From: Flavobacteriales bacterium
GTDB lineage: Bacteria; Bacteroidota; Bacteroidia; Flavobacteriales_D; Sanyastnellaceae
Assembly: GCA_041391745.1 (NCBI GenBank)
Contig: JAWKNK010000002.1
Location: 203,576-267,575, forward strand
Length of the DNA: 64,000 bases
Direction of reading: 5' to 3'
Both the position numbers and the translations under genes were made by a program. Below the pieces are notes generated by a model. It did no database searches. It worked only from the letters and a program-made list of their open reading frames with translations, and was not told the DNA's origin. Shown piece after piece: positions 54,868 to 63,827 of the stretch. How positions within the stretch are numbered: the stretch's first letter is position 1; each line of letters opens with the position of its first letter.

Positions 54868-56044
54868 ATGATTTTTTTAGAATCTGCATACGTTCTGCTA
54901 CATAACTGCATCACCGAAAACGGTTATGTTGCCTCGCCAATCAAGCACGATAACTATAATCGTGTGTGGGCGAGAGATAGCGCTATTGCTGGACTTGCGG
55001 CTCTTTGTGTGAATGATGAAAAAGGCATAAATGCACTCATCAGAAGTACCGTTCATTTGTCGCGCCACCAAGCTGACTAACGGACAAATTCCAAGTAATG
55101 TGAGTACTGATGGAAAGGTAAGTTTTGGCGGTACTGCCGGCAGAATTGACGCTACTACATGGTGGATTGTTGCGGCATGTTGGGCATTGAATCTGGATTA
55201 TTCTTTAGAAGATTATTTACTCCCAAAAATTAAAAAGGCCATGGCCGTTACCAAGGCCTGGGAGTACAATCAGAAAGGGTTTGTATACACACCGTTGGGT
55301 GGTAACTGGGCAGACGAGTATATCTCAAGTGGATACACATTATATGATCAAGCGTTACGCTACTGGGGAATGCGATCATTGGGCTCGGTGATTCAGGATA
55401 CTCAGATCCTCGAAGAAGCCAACGAACTTCGTCAAAATATTATTCACAACTTCAGCTTTAGTCATAAACCTGACGGCAGTGAATATCACCCTGTTGCGTA
55501 CAAAGAAGCATACAAAAAAATGGACTTCTGGCCGAGTACTTTTTCTCCCGCAGGATACGATAGCCGCTGGGATTTAGCGGCAAATGCTTTGGCACTACTC
55601 GTTGGCCTTAACAATAATGTGAATGAACTGGCGAACTATGTGAACCAGTTTTTTGAGATGAATAGTTCGCAAATGCTTCCCGTATTTTTTCCGATCATCC
55701 AACCAGAAGATGATGAATGGAAATTATTGAGTCATAATTATAGTTATTCCTTCAAAAATTACCCATATCAATTCCATAATGGAGGCAGCTGGCCCGTGTT
55801 CAATGGACTATTGGCCTTAGCGTTCACCCTCAATGGCAGAGATGATATTTCTAAAAACATCCTCGCATCTCATCATGATAATTTCACTGGAAATGATGCT
55901 TCTAAAATGTTTAGTGAGTACTGGGATGTACGCAGTGGTGAACCAAAAGGTGTGAGTCAACTTTGCTTCTCTGCAGCAGGTTATATCATGATGAATACCA
56001 CCCCAAAAGAAATTAGGGATGTAAAAAATAAAATTTTATGCTAG
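54868..56044 (+). pseudogene. GH100-family neutral/alkaline invertase homolog, split by one frameshift between about 54990 and 55060
   Basis: N-terminal fragment ...HDNYNRVWARDSAIAGLAAL... (GH100 NYDxVFxRDFxPSA motif). C-terminal frame ...GRIDATTWWIVAACWAL...GYTLYDQALRYWGMRSLG...YQFHNGGSWPVFNGLLALAF is collinear with cyanobacterial and plant invertases. Confidence 0.6.
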
Positions 56045-56679
56045 GAGATATTATTACCATAAAAGATGAGTTTTTTCAAACTTCAAAATCGATTGTACAA
56101 CAACTTTCGAAACGAAATTTTTGGAATAATAAATTCGTAATTGCCATTGCGGGAGAATCTGGAAGTGGAAAGTCAGTTACCGCAACTTGCTTGCAACAAG
56201 AACTTCTTTTTGAAAATAAAAAAGCATTGGTTCTTCACTTAGATGATTACTTCAAGCTTCCTCCCAAAACCAATCATGAAGCGCGTGAGAAGGATATTTC
56301 ACGAGTAGGCGTTCAAGAGATACGACTAGGTCTCGTGCAATTACACATCAATGAGTTTTTAGAAAATAAATCTGAAATATTAAAACCAATCGTTCACTAC
56401 AAAGAAAATAAAATACTCGCCGAACAAGTCGATATTGAGAAATATGATTGTATCATCGTAGAAGGTACATACTCCTTTTTTCTTGAAAACTTGAATTTTA
56501 AAATTTTTCTCGATAGTACATTTCAAGAATCGAAAAAAAGAAGAGACGCAAGAGGCAGAGAAAAGTCCAGCTTATTTATTGAATCTGTCCTAAAAATCGA
56601 ACAAGCTATTATTCGTTCTAGAAGAATTCAATCCAATTTGATTTTTGATCACAATTATAATCTTATCTTGACCCAGTAG
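56038..56679 (+). CDS. P-loop nucleoside/sugar kinase (uridine-kinase/PRK-like fold)
   Basis: Walker A AIAGESGSGKSVTA. Length is 213 aa. It overlaps the invertase stop. Confidence 0.55.
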   Translation: MLGDIITIKDEFFQTSKSIVQQLSKRNFWNNKFVIAIAGESGSGKSVTATCLQQELLFENKKALVLHLDDYFKLPPKTNHEAREKDISRVGVQEIRLGLVQLHINEFLENKSEILKPIVHYKENKILAEQVDIEKYDCIIVEGTYSFFLENLNFKIFLDSTFQESKKRRDARGREKSSLFIESVLKIEQAIIRSRRIQSNLIFDHNYNLILTQ

Positions 56680-56680
56680 A

Positions 56681-57961
56681 ATGGCGAAAGAAAGATTGAA
56701 TTTTTGGCAAATATGGAACATGAGCTTCGGGTTTCTCGGAGTACAATATGCCTTTGGCCTTCAGCAGGCCAACATGAGTCCCATATACCGATACCTCGGA
56801 GCCGATGAGTCGCAGATACCTTGGCTGTGGCTAGCCGGGCCGATTACGGGGTTAGTTGTACAGCCAATTATTGGCGCCATGAGTGATCGCACATGGCATA
56901 AAAGATGGGGTCGACGACGACCATATTTTATTGTTGGTGCATTACTTACGTCCATCGCATTAATTCTTATGCCTTTTTCATCCGAGCTGTGGATGGCAGC
57001 AGGGTTGCTCTGGCTTCTCGATGGTGCTGCAAATGTTACCATGGAACCTTTTCGCGCATTAATTGCAGATAAACTGCCCGATGATCAACGAACATTGGGG
57101 TATAGCGTTCAAAGTTTTTTTGTGGGCTTAGGGCAAACACTGGCCAATCTAATGCCCATCCTTCTTGCCTCCATGGGAGTGGCCACTGTTGTAGCTTCGG
57201 GAAGCATAGAAAAGATTCCAGACTTTGTAAAACTTAGTTTTATGTTCGGTGCAGTTGCAATAATTCTATCGATTGCTATTACCGTTATTACCACAAAAGA
57301 AAATCCACCAACCACAGAAATTAAAAAGCGCTCTTTCAAAGATTCTATCGCTGAAATTCTAGTTGCGTTTAAAGAAATGCCAAGTGAAATGAAACAACTT
57401 TGGTGGGTAAAATTCTTTACGTGGTTTGGTCTTCCATTGATGTGGCAATACTTGTCCCTATCCATCGCGCATCACTGTTTCAATGCAACCGATGCAGTTG
57501 ACATCGGTTTTACAGATGGAATCAAGTTTGGAAACTTGGGTCTCGCCATTTTTAATATCCTTTGTTTTGTCTTTGCGCTATTGCTACCTTTTCTAAGCAA
57601 GTTTCTTTCTTCAAAAAAAATACATGCTTTTGCATTAATGCTCGGGGGAATTGCATTTATCTCTATGAAATTTCAAACCGAAACATTGGGCTATATGATC
57701 GCGATGGGAGTGGTTGGAATTTCTTGGGCGAGCATAATGTCTATGCCTTACGTAATGCTTTCTAAATCAGTGCCCGCAGAAAGAATGGGTGTGTATATGG
57801 GCATATTCAATATGTTTATTGTGATACCACAAATTGTAAGCATGATTGTTGTTCCATTTATCTATACTAGCATTCTTCAAAACGATCCTGTCAATGCACT
57901 TGTACTTGCTGGAGTGAGTTTAATACTTGGAGCTATTGCGAGTTGGCGTCTTAAGTTTTAG
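56681..57961 (+). CDS. Sucrose/H+ symporter-like MFS transporter (GPH / plant SUT / SLC45 family)
   Basis: ...LGVQYAFGLQQANMSPIYRYLGADESQIPWLWLAGPITGLVVQPIIGAMSDRTWHKRWGRRRPYFIVGALL matches the signature of plant SUC transporters. 12 TM helices. Confidence 0.75.
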   Translation: MAKERLNFWQIWNMSFGFLGVQYAFGLQQANMSPIYRYLGADESQIPWLWLAGPITGLVVQPIIGAMSDRTWHKRWGRRRPYFIVGALLTSIALILMPFSSELWMAAGLLWLLDGAANVTMEPFRALIADKLPDDQRTLGYSVQSFFVGLGQTLANLMPILLASMGVATVVASGSIEKIPDFVKLSFMFGAVAIILSIAITVITTKENPPTTEIKKRSFKDSIAEILVAFKEMPSEMKQLWWVKFFTWFGLPLMWQYLSLSIAHHCFNATDAVDIGFTDGIKFGNLGLAIFNILCFVFALLLPFLSKFLSSKKIHAFALMLGGIAFISMKFQTETLGYMIAMGVVGISWASIMSMPYVMLSKSVPAERMGVYMGIFNMFIVIPQIVSMIVVPFIYTSILQNDPVNALVLAGVSLILGAIASWRLKF

Positions 57962-58056
57962 ATGACTGTTATTGATGCTTAACTAGACAAAAGAAGGGCA
58001 TGAAATTTCACGTGTTTCTGTGCAACAGACTTAGCTTGCGCGCACACTAGCCTACC

Positions 58057-58308
58057 ATGAAATTCTCTCTCGAATTAAATCAGGCAAAAAATGCGATAGC
58101 CATTTCAATATCGGATTTCACGCCTTCCAAATACATCTGTGAAATAAGAAATTCACAAGGAATAAGATTAAGCTCATTGGTACTCAACGAACCTTTCTCA
58201 ATGATTGATTTAACGCTTTATCCTAAACAAGAATTGATATTAAATTTTTTCGAGAATTCGCAATTAATAAAGTCTTTTAAAATCAAGTCTTGTTGGGTCG
58301 AGGGGTAG
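58057..58308 (+). CDS. Hypothetical small protein
   Basis: 83-aa ORF with no recognisable motifs. Confidence 0.3.
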   Translation: MKFSLELNQAKNAIAISISDFTPSKYICEIRNSQGIRLSSLVLNEPFSMIDLTLYPKQELILNFFENSQLIKSFKIKSCWVEG

Positions 58309-58387
58309 TGAGAATGCGGGTTCTCTTCAGTTTACAGACTGTTTTTTAAATATTTGGTATATTTGCAACCTAAACCTATACTAAGTA

Positions 58388-59674
58388 ATGAAAAACATCC
58401 TGAGATCATTATTTTTAATTCAAGTGTATTCGTTTGGGATAATGGCCACATTATCTTGTTCTAAAAACGAGCCTGAAATCGCTGACAACTCCTCCACCGC
58501 AACTTCGGAATTTGCATTTTACCAGTATCTTCAAGTTCCTGGAAGTGACCCAGACAATGGATTGGTTGCAAAACAAGTTGACAATACCACAGGTGATGAA
58601 ATTTTCTACTATGGGTCTTTCGATGAAGATGGACTTCCACAATCACCCAAGTCTATTGTTGTCAAAAAATTCTCTACCGATACTATGATGAATGTTTTCG
58701 TAGATGAATACATGCGACCAACGATGGTTTATTTTTCACACACAAATGGAGAAAAATACTCGACATTATGGACATATGAATGGAGTTCAGACAATACATT
58801 TTTATTCAGAAAATTCACTTACGATTGGGCACCGGAAACAGACAATCTCGACTATGAGTCATTTGTGACATACACCGATGGCCAGTATTATTTCGAAGAT
58901 AATTTTGTGAGATCATTGCATACTGAACTCGATGTTCCAGCAATGTTTGAAGAAAATATGAACTACAGAGGTGGAACTGCCTTTTGGACTAGTGTTGCTA
59001 GCAATGTAGTTACAGGCATCGGAGTAGTTGCAGCGGTTGGCGTAGGCATTTACGGTGCGGTTACCTTCGGAACTGTGTATGGTGTGGTTGGTGCCCTTAC
59101 CATCCTTACTGGTGTATTGATGGGAACGGCTAATGCTAGCGAACCACCTATCAACAACAACAATAATAACACGCCACCCAATCCGAACAATACTCCAAAT
59201 CCGAATCCGGTAAGTAATGTAAATAATCCTACCAACCTGACTACCACAACGGGAACCACAGGTACTACGGGCACAACAGGTACTACAGGATCTGACGGAA
59301 CTACCACAGGAACCACGGGAACAACGGGAACAACAGGAACGACGAGTACTTCTGGAACCGACGGAACAACAAGTACAACGAGTACTACTGGAACTGACGG
59401 AACTACAGGAACTACAAGCACAACAGGTACAACAGGTACAACGAGCACAACAGGTTCTGATGGAACAACTACTGGTACTACGGGTACTACGGGAACTACT
59501 GGCACTACAAGTACAACGAGCACCTCAGGAACAGATGGTACTACGGGCACCACTAGTACAAATAGTACAACAGTGACAACTAACGACACCATTATCGGAA
59601 TGACGATAGATCAACAAAAACTTAACAATCAATTGCGTCGTGAGTTGTTCAATAATCGCCGAGGTAAGAACTAA
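58388..59674 (+). CDS. Lipoprotein with an N-terminal globular domain, a glycine-zipper TM segment and a long Thr/Gly-rich repeat region
   Basis: Lipobox ATLSCSK. GIGVVAAVGVGIYGAVTFGTVYGVVGALTILTGVLMG. About 120 aa of (TTG)n/TST repeats. Confidence 0.55.
   Translation: MKNILRSLFLIQVYSFGIMATLSCSKNEPEIADNSSTATSEFAFYQYLQVPGSDPDNGLVAKQVDNTTGDEIFYYGSFDEDGLPQSPKSIVVKKFSTDTMMNVFVDEYMRPTMVYFSHTNGEKYSTLWTYEWSSDNTFLFRKFTYDWAPETDNLDYESFVTYTDGQYYFEDNFVRSLHTELDVPAMFEENMNYRGGTAFWTSVASNVVTGIGVVAAVGVGIYGAVTFGTVYGVVGALTILTGVLMGTANASEPPINNNNNNTPPNPNNTPNPNPVSNVNNPTNLTTTTGTTGTTGTTGTTGSDGTTTGTTGTTGTTGTTSTSGTDGTTSTTSTTGTDGTTGTTSTTGTTGTTSTTGSDGTTTGTTGTTGTTGTTSTTSTSGTDGTTGTTSTNSTTVTTNDTIIGMTIDQQKLNNQLRRELFNNRRGKN
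59221..59580 (+). repeat. Tandem 9-nt (ACN-ACN-GGN) repeats encoding the Thr/Gly-rich tract
   Basis: Imperfect repeats actacgggt/actacagga/acaacgagc. They lie inside the coding sequence with no spacer architecture. Confidence 0.6.
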
Positions 59675-59698
59675 TTTTTTGAAATGATAATTTAAATA

Positions 59699-59730
59699 AA
59701 GGCCTGTACTATGTGCAGGCCTTTATCTTT
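59699..59730 (+). terminator. Intrinsic terminator
   Basis: AGGCCTG-tactatgtg-CAGGCCT followed by TTATCTTTC. Confidence 0.55.
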
Positions 59731-59735
59731 CAAAG

Positions 59736-61187
59736 ATGAATTTATTTCAACGCACTTTCTCCCTCGACATGAGGTCTCTCGCTTTAATGAGAATAGCGAT
59801 TGGCATTATATTGATATTTGATTTAGGCGTTAGATTCTCAGACTACGTCGCTTTCTATAGCGACTATGGCGTACTTCCAAGAGAAGCACTTATCATGCTC
59901 CTCAATCAAAAGGATTTTCTTTCACTACATCTTGTTTCTGGGCAGCCCTATTTTATCGCATTTTTATTTGCTCTTGCTTTGTGGTCTGCCATTCATTTTC
60001 TCATTGGAAAACAAACAAGACTCTACACTATTCTATCCTGGATATTACTATTATCTATTCAAAATAGAAATACCTTAATCGGTCAAGGTGGTGATGACGT
60101 TTTGAGATTAGCACTGATGTGGAGTATCTTTTTACCAATAAACAAATATTATTCATTAGATGCGCTTCGTGCAATTAAGCCAGAAAAAAATGAATATTTC
60201 GGTTGGGCTGGAGTAGGTTTAACCCTTTTGATTTTTTCCCTTTACTTTTTCTCTGCTTGCATGAAAACCGCACCAGAGTGGACCACTGACTACACTGCTG
60301 TCTATTATGCATTAAGTCTCGATCAGATCGCACTACCATTAGGAAAATCACTTTTACAATATCCTTTCATTTTAAAAATTATCACAGCGTCGGTTTATTA
60401 TATCGAACTTCTCGGTCCGTTTCTACTTTTTATTCCTTGGAAGAAAAACCTCTTCAGAACATCATTTGTGGTGATGTTTTTTTGCTTTCATTTAGGTCTC
60501 GCGTTTACCATGTTTATAGGTTTTTTTCCCGCTATTGTGATGGCGGTATTGTTAGGTTTCCTCCCAACATCTATCATGAATAAAATAGATGCTTCTATAT
60601 CGAAACTAACCCGAAATGTAAAATGGACAGCGAATAAACATGTTCATATGCTGCAAGGTGAAGCCATTATTTCTGGATGGAAAAAACACATCAGTGCGGC
60701 TGCGCTAATCTTAATAGTTATCCATCAATTGGCCTGGAATTTTGGCACAGTCAGCTGGATTCCATCTAAATTCATTCCTCTAAAAACCTTGGCTTTCAAC
60801 CTCCGGTTGGATCAAAGTTGGGGTATGTTTGCTCCTGGGGTATTCAAAGAAGATGGCTGGTTCATTTTTGAAGGAATAACCAAAGACAACAAGATCATTG
60901 ATATTTCCCGAGATGGAAAAGCTGTGAGATATGGAAAACCCAAGTTAGTCTCCGCAATGTTCAAAAACGATAGATGGAGAAAGTACACTGAGAATATGTT
61001 GCTTCGACGTCTTCATGAACTTCGGTTTTACTACGCCAGTTACCTCTATTCAAGATGGACAGAGCAACATCCAGAAACGCCAATAAAAGAAATTAGGCTC
61101 ATCTACATGAAGGAGATGACCTTGCCAGACAACCAATTTTCTGAACCGAAAAGGGAGGTTTTGATCGATTGGGTTCACAGTGAGTAA
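59736..61187 (+). CDS. HTTM-domain (vitamin-K-dependent gamma-carboxylase-like) integral membrane protein
   Basis: ...RSLALMRIAIGIILIFDLGVRFSDYVAFYSDYGVLPREAL... is the HTTM signature. 483 aa, polytopic. Confidence 0.7.
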   Translation: MNLFQRTFSLDMRSLALMRIAIGIILIFDLGVRFSDYVAFYSDYGVLPREALIMLLNQKDFLSLHLVSGQPYFIAFLFALALWSAIHFLIGKQTRLYTILSWILLLSIQNRNTLIGQGGDDVLRLALMWSIFLPINKYYSLDALRAIKPEKNEYFGWAGVGLTLLIFSLYFFSACMKTAPEWTTDYTAVYYALSLDQIALPLGKSLLQYPFILKIITASVYYIELLGPFLLFIPWKKNLFRTSFVVMFFCFHLGLAFTMFIGFFPAIVMAVLLGFLPTSIMNKIDASISKLTRNVKWTANKHVHMLQGEAIISGWKKHISAAALILIVIHQLAWNFGTVSWIPSKFIPLKTLAFNLRLDQSWGMFAPGVFKEDGWFIFEGITKDNKIIDISRDGKAVRYGKPKLVSAMFKNDRWRKYTENMLLRRLHELRFYYASYLYSRWTEQHPETPIKEIRLIYMKEMTLPDNQFSEPKREVLIDWVHSE

Positions 61188-61251
61188 AATGAAACCTATT
61201 TCCTAATACTTCGTATAAATACTCATCACCTATACACCTAACTATACTACG

Positions 61252-61539
61252 ATGAGTACAATGGTATTTCATGGTAATACAACTTTCGAAGAAGTATTCC
61301 ATAAAAACGCTCTAGCCATTTACGAAGCTGTGCTAGAAAAAATCAAGAAAAATATTCATGCCCGCTCGAAAGAGATTATTCGGATTGCCACTATAAGGTT
61401 GAATAATTTGGAATATAACATAGACATTCCTGCGTCAAATTTCTGCGATGTTCTTCAACGCGCTTCTCAAGTCTTTAAGGAATATAATAAGCCTAATAAA
61501 AGTGTTGAGTGTTTGGAATTACTAAAGGAAATGAGATAG
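61252..61539 (+). CDS. Hypothetical small protein
   Basis: 95-aa ORF with no recognisable motifs. Confidence 0.3.
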   Translation: MSTMVFHGNTTFEEVFHKNALAIYEAVLEKIKKNIHARSKEIIRIATIRLNNLEYNIDIPASNFCDVLQRASQVFKEYNKPNKSVECLELLKEMR

Positions 61540-61542
61540 TTT

Positions 61543-62620
61543 CTATTCCTCTATTTTTCTATAAAAACCTTCATGCAAAACTTGATCGTCAGATTTGAGT
61601 TCAATGCGATAGAGGTTTGGTGATAGATTGCTCAAATCCACTATCTTTTTTGACGTAAAAATGCGGTCATGATGAATGTGTTCTCCGGCCAGAGAAGTAA
61701 TAATCATATCTACAGGAAAAGACTCCACCTCGCCTAATTCTGCGATGATGATATCTATGAATGGGTTCGGAGAAAGTTTCATTTCGCAAAAATTAAAGAG
61801 CTACATCTATAACCAATGGAAAGTGGTCGGACAACTCTCTACCTGCTTTCGTCTTTGGAGTCAATATTTGAAAATTTGAATACGATTTTATACTCTTAGA
61901 TAAAAAGATGTAATCAATATGCTTCAGTGTATCTCCTTGACGATAAAAGCCATTATAGGTAGGAACAGACAGAAGACTATCAGGACATGTGCCATGAAGC
62001 GCTGTCTCAAGATTTTTAATACTCAAATTTTCTGGCTCAGCATTCAGATCTCCAACTAAAATAACCTCGGCATTTTGATCTTGAATAGTAGAAATATAAT
62101 TCAAAATCAGTTCTGCTGAGTTCTCACGTGCCGTTTGACTCATGTGATCCCAGTGAGTATTAATTACAACAAATTTCTTATGCGAATTTTTTTCTTCTAA
62201 GAATAAAATTGTGGCCAATCGCTCACAAGCAGCGTCCCATCCTTTTCCAGGAATTTCAGGATTCTCCGACAGCCAAAATGTTGAGTCGGACAGTAAGTTG
62301 AATTTCTCTTTTTTATAAAAAACTGGACAATACTCTCCCCTTTCCTTTCCATCTTCTCTACCCACACCGTAAACCGAATAAACATTCGGTTTAGTATTGA
62401 TATCGTCTAATTGAGATTTCAAGACTTCCTGCAAACAAAAAATATCTGGCTGCAGGCTATCTATAAATGTGTGAAAGTCATCTTTTCGATTGATCCACGC
62501 GTCCTCTCCATCTCCAGGGTTACTATACCTAATGTTATACGTACAAATTTTTATAGCCTGCGCATACATGCTCTCACCACCTATCATTAAAGCTAATATT
62601 AAAAATATTCTAATCATCAT
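61543..62620 (-). pseudogene. Endonuclease/exonuclease/phosphatase (EEP) family secreted protein, separated by a stop plus frameshift (~61790-61800) from a type-A T9SS C-terminal sorting domain
   Basis: EEP: signal peptide MMIRIFLILALMIGGESMYAQA ...CLQEV...GDLNAEPE...SDHFPLVIDVAL*. The other frame is open from 61800 and encodes LFNFCEMKLSPNPFIDIIIAELGEVESFPVDMI...LYRIELKSDDQVLHEGFYRKIEE, a T9SS sorting-domain pattern. Confidence 0.55.
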
Positions 62621-62626
62621 ATATAG

Positions 62627-62699
62627 TACCCCCACCGCGACTCGAACACGGATTGGCTGTTTAGGAAACGGCTGTTCTATCCTGTTGAACTATGGGGGC
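62627..62699 (-). tRNA. tRNA-Arg (anticodon CCU)
   Basis: - strand: GCCCCCA-TA-GTTC-AACAGGATA-GAAC-A-GCCGT-TTCCTAA-ACAGC-CAAT-CCGTG-TTCGAGT-CGCGG-TGGGGGT-A. The 1-72 pair is G-U. There is one mismatch in the anticodon stem. No CCA is encoded. Confidence 0.7.
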
Positions 62700-62762
62700 A
62701 AAAAAAATAGAAGGCAAAAATAGTGGAATTTTTGCCTTCTATAAATTTGCAAATGCTACAAC

Positions 62763-63368
62763 TTATGCTAATTCTCGCTTGTATAAATGCCAGAAAAAGA
62801 CAGGTACAAATATCAGCGTAAGTATTCCCATTCCAGAAACAAACAGTATACCACCAGATACAATATGTTGCACTTTGAAAGCAACACCGAGTCCTAGTAG
62901 TAATCCGCCGAAAGCACCAGTGAGAACGCGAAATTTATCATTAGCCTTGTATTGATCCGCGTTCATAAATACGCTCGCAATCAAGACCAACATAGCAACC
63001 ACTAAGGCTGCGGCTCCAGATACCTGAGTAATATTAGCAAATGGCCACCGCATCATTTTCATGGTTTGACCAGCCATTGTAAGAAAAGTAGCTAAAAAGC
63101 CAAAGACATACAATATTCGTTTCATTGTTTTTTGTGTTTTTGATTGTAAAACATAGATTAATTCAGCCTCAATTTTGTGCAGACCATCTGGAGACAAGAA
63201 GTTCACCGATCGCTTGAACTCCTCATGAAAATCACTGTGCTCATCCATGGTGGTTTCTAACTGACAACAGCAATGGTCGATCAACTCCAATTGCAACTGC
63301 TCGTTGGAAACACAGGCCCGAATGTGGGCACAGATCAAATCATATTCCTGATCTGATAGATCACGCAT
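62763..63368 (-). CDS. Membrane protein encoded downstream of PadR, hypothetical
   Basis: 201 aa. N-terminal Cys/His-containing soluble part (CAHIRAC...HCCCQ) plus 4 TM helices. An 8-nt overlap with padR suggests an operon. Confidence 0.45.
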   Translation of the reverse strand: MRDLSDQEYDLICAHIRACVSNEQLQLELIDHCCCQLETTMDEHSDFHEEFKRSVNFLSPDGLHKIEAELIYVLQSKTQKTMKRILYVFGFLATFLTMAGQTMKMMRWPFANITQVSGAAALVVAMLVLIASVFMNADQYKANDKFRVLTGAFGGLLLGLGVAFKVQHIVSGGILFVSGMGILTLIFVPVFFWHLYKRELA

Positions 63369-63705
63369 TTAAAAGTGGCTTATCGTTGAGTATAAGTGTT
63401 TGAATGGTATCAAAAAATGAAAGCAATTCAGAAACCTTTTCAGTGGTTTTCGAAATACCCATTTCGGTCAATCGATAATAAATGCGCTTACGCTTTCCAA
63501 TTGACTCCTCTTCACTTTGAATAAGTCCTTCTTGAAGAAGTTTATGTAATGCAGGATAAAGTGAGCCTTCTTTTAAGAGTATCTTTCCAGAAGTTCTCTC
63601 TTTAACTGCTTTGGAAATATCATACCCATACATTCTACCATTCTCTTTTAATAGTTTTAAAATGATGGTAGAAAGGGTGCCTTTTATTAATTCGTTTGAA
63701 TGCAT
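63361..63705 (-). CDS. PadR-family transcriptional regulator
   Basis: ...LKGTLSTIILKLLKENGRMYGYDISKAVKERTSGKILLKEGSLYPALHKLLQEGLI... winged HTH. Length is 114 aa. Confidence 0.8.
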   Translation of the reverse strand: MHSNELIKGTLSTIILKLLKENGRMYGYDISKAVKERTSGKILLKEGSLYPALHKLLQEGLIQSEEESIGKRKRIYYRLTEMGISKTTEKVSELLSFFDTIQTLILNDKPLLNA

Positions 63706-63713
63706 AGGACAAA

Positions 63714-63736
63714 TATACGTAGAACTTCTATGTATC
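63714..63736. promoter_or_regulatory. Imperfect palindrome ATACGTAGAA-c-TTCTATGTAT upstream of padR, a candidate PadR operator
   Basis: 10-1-10 inverted repeat with one mismatch, about 10-30 nt upstream of the padR start. An intrinsic terminator for the upstream methyltransferase gene lies at 63757-63790. Confidence 0.35.
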
Positions 63737-63827
63737 GCATAACGAGGTATATAAAATAATATTGCCCCGTGAGTATTTCACGAGGCAATACATTTATACT
63801 TAATGGGTTAAACTCAGAATTTAATGG

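Noticed and set aside
47640-62700. Genomic island bounded by tRNA-Met/Ile2 and tRNA-Arg
   Set aside because: There is no integrase, transposase or plasmid gene, and no direct repeat of a tRNA 3' end. The interval contains core genes such as glutamate dehydrogenase. Only the sucrose cassette looks possibly acquired.
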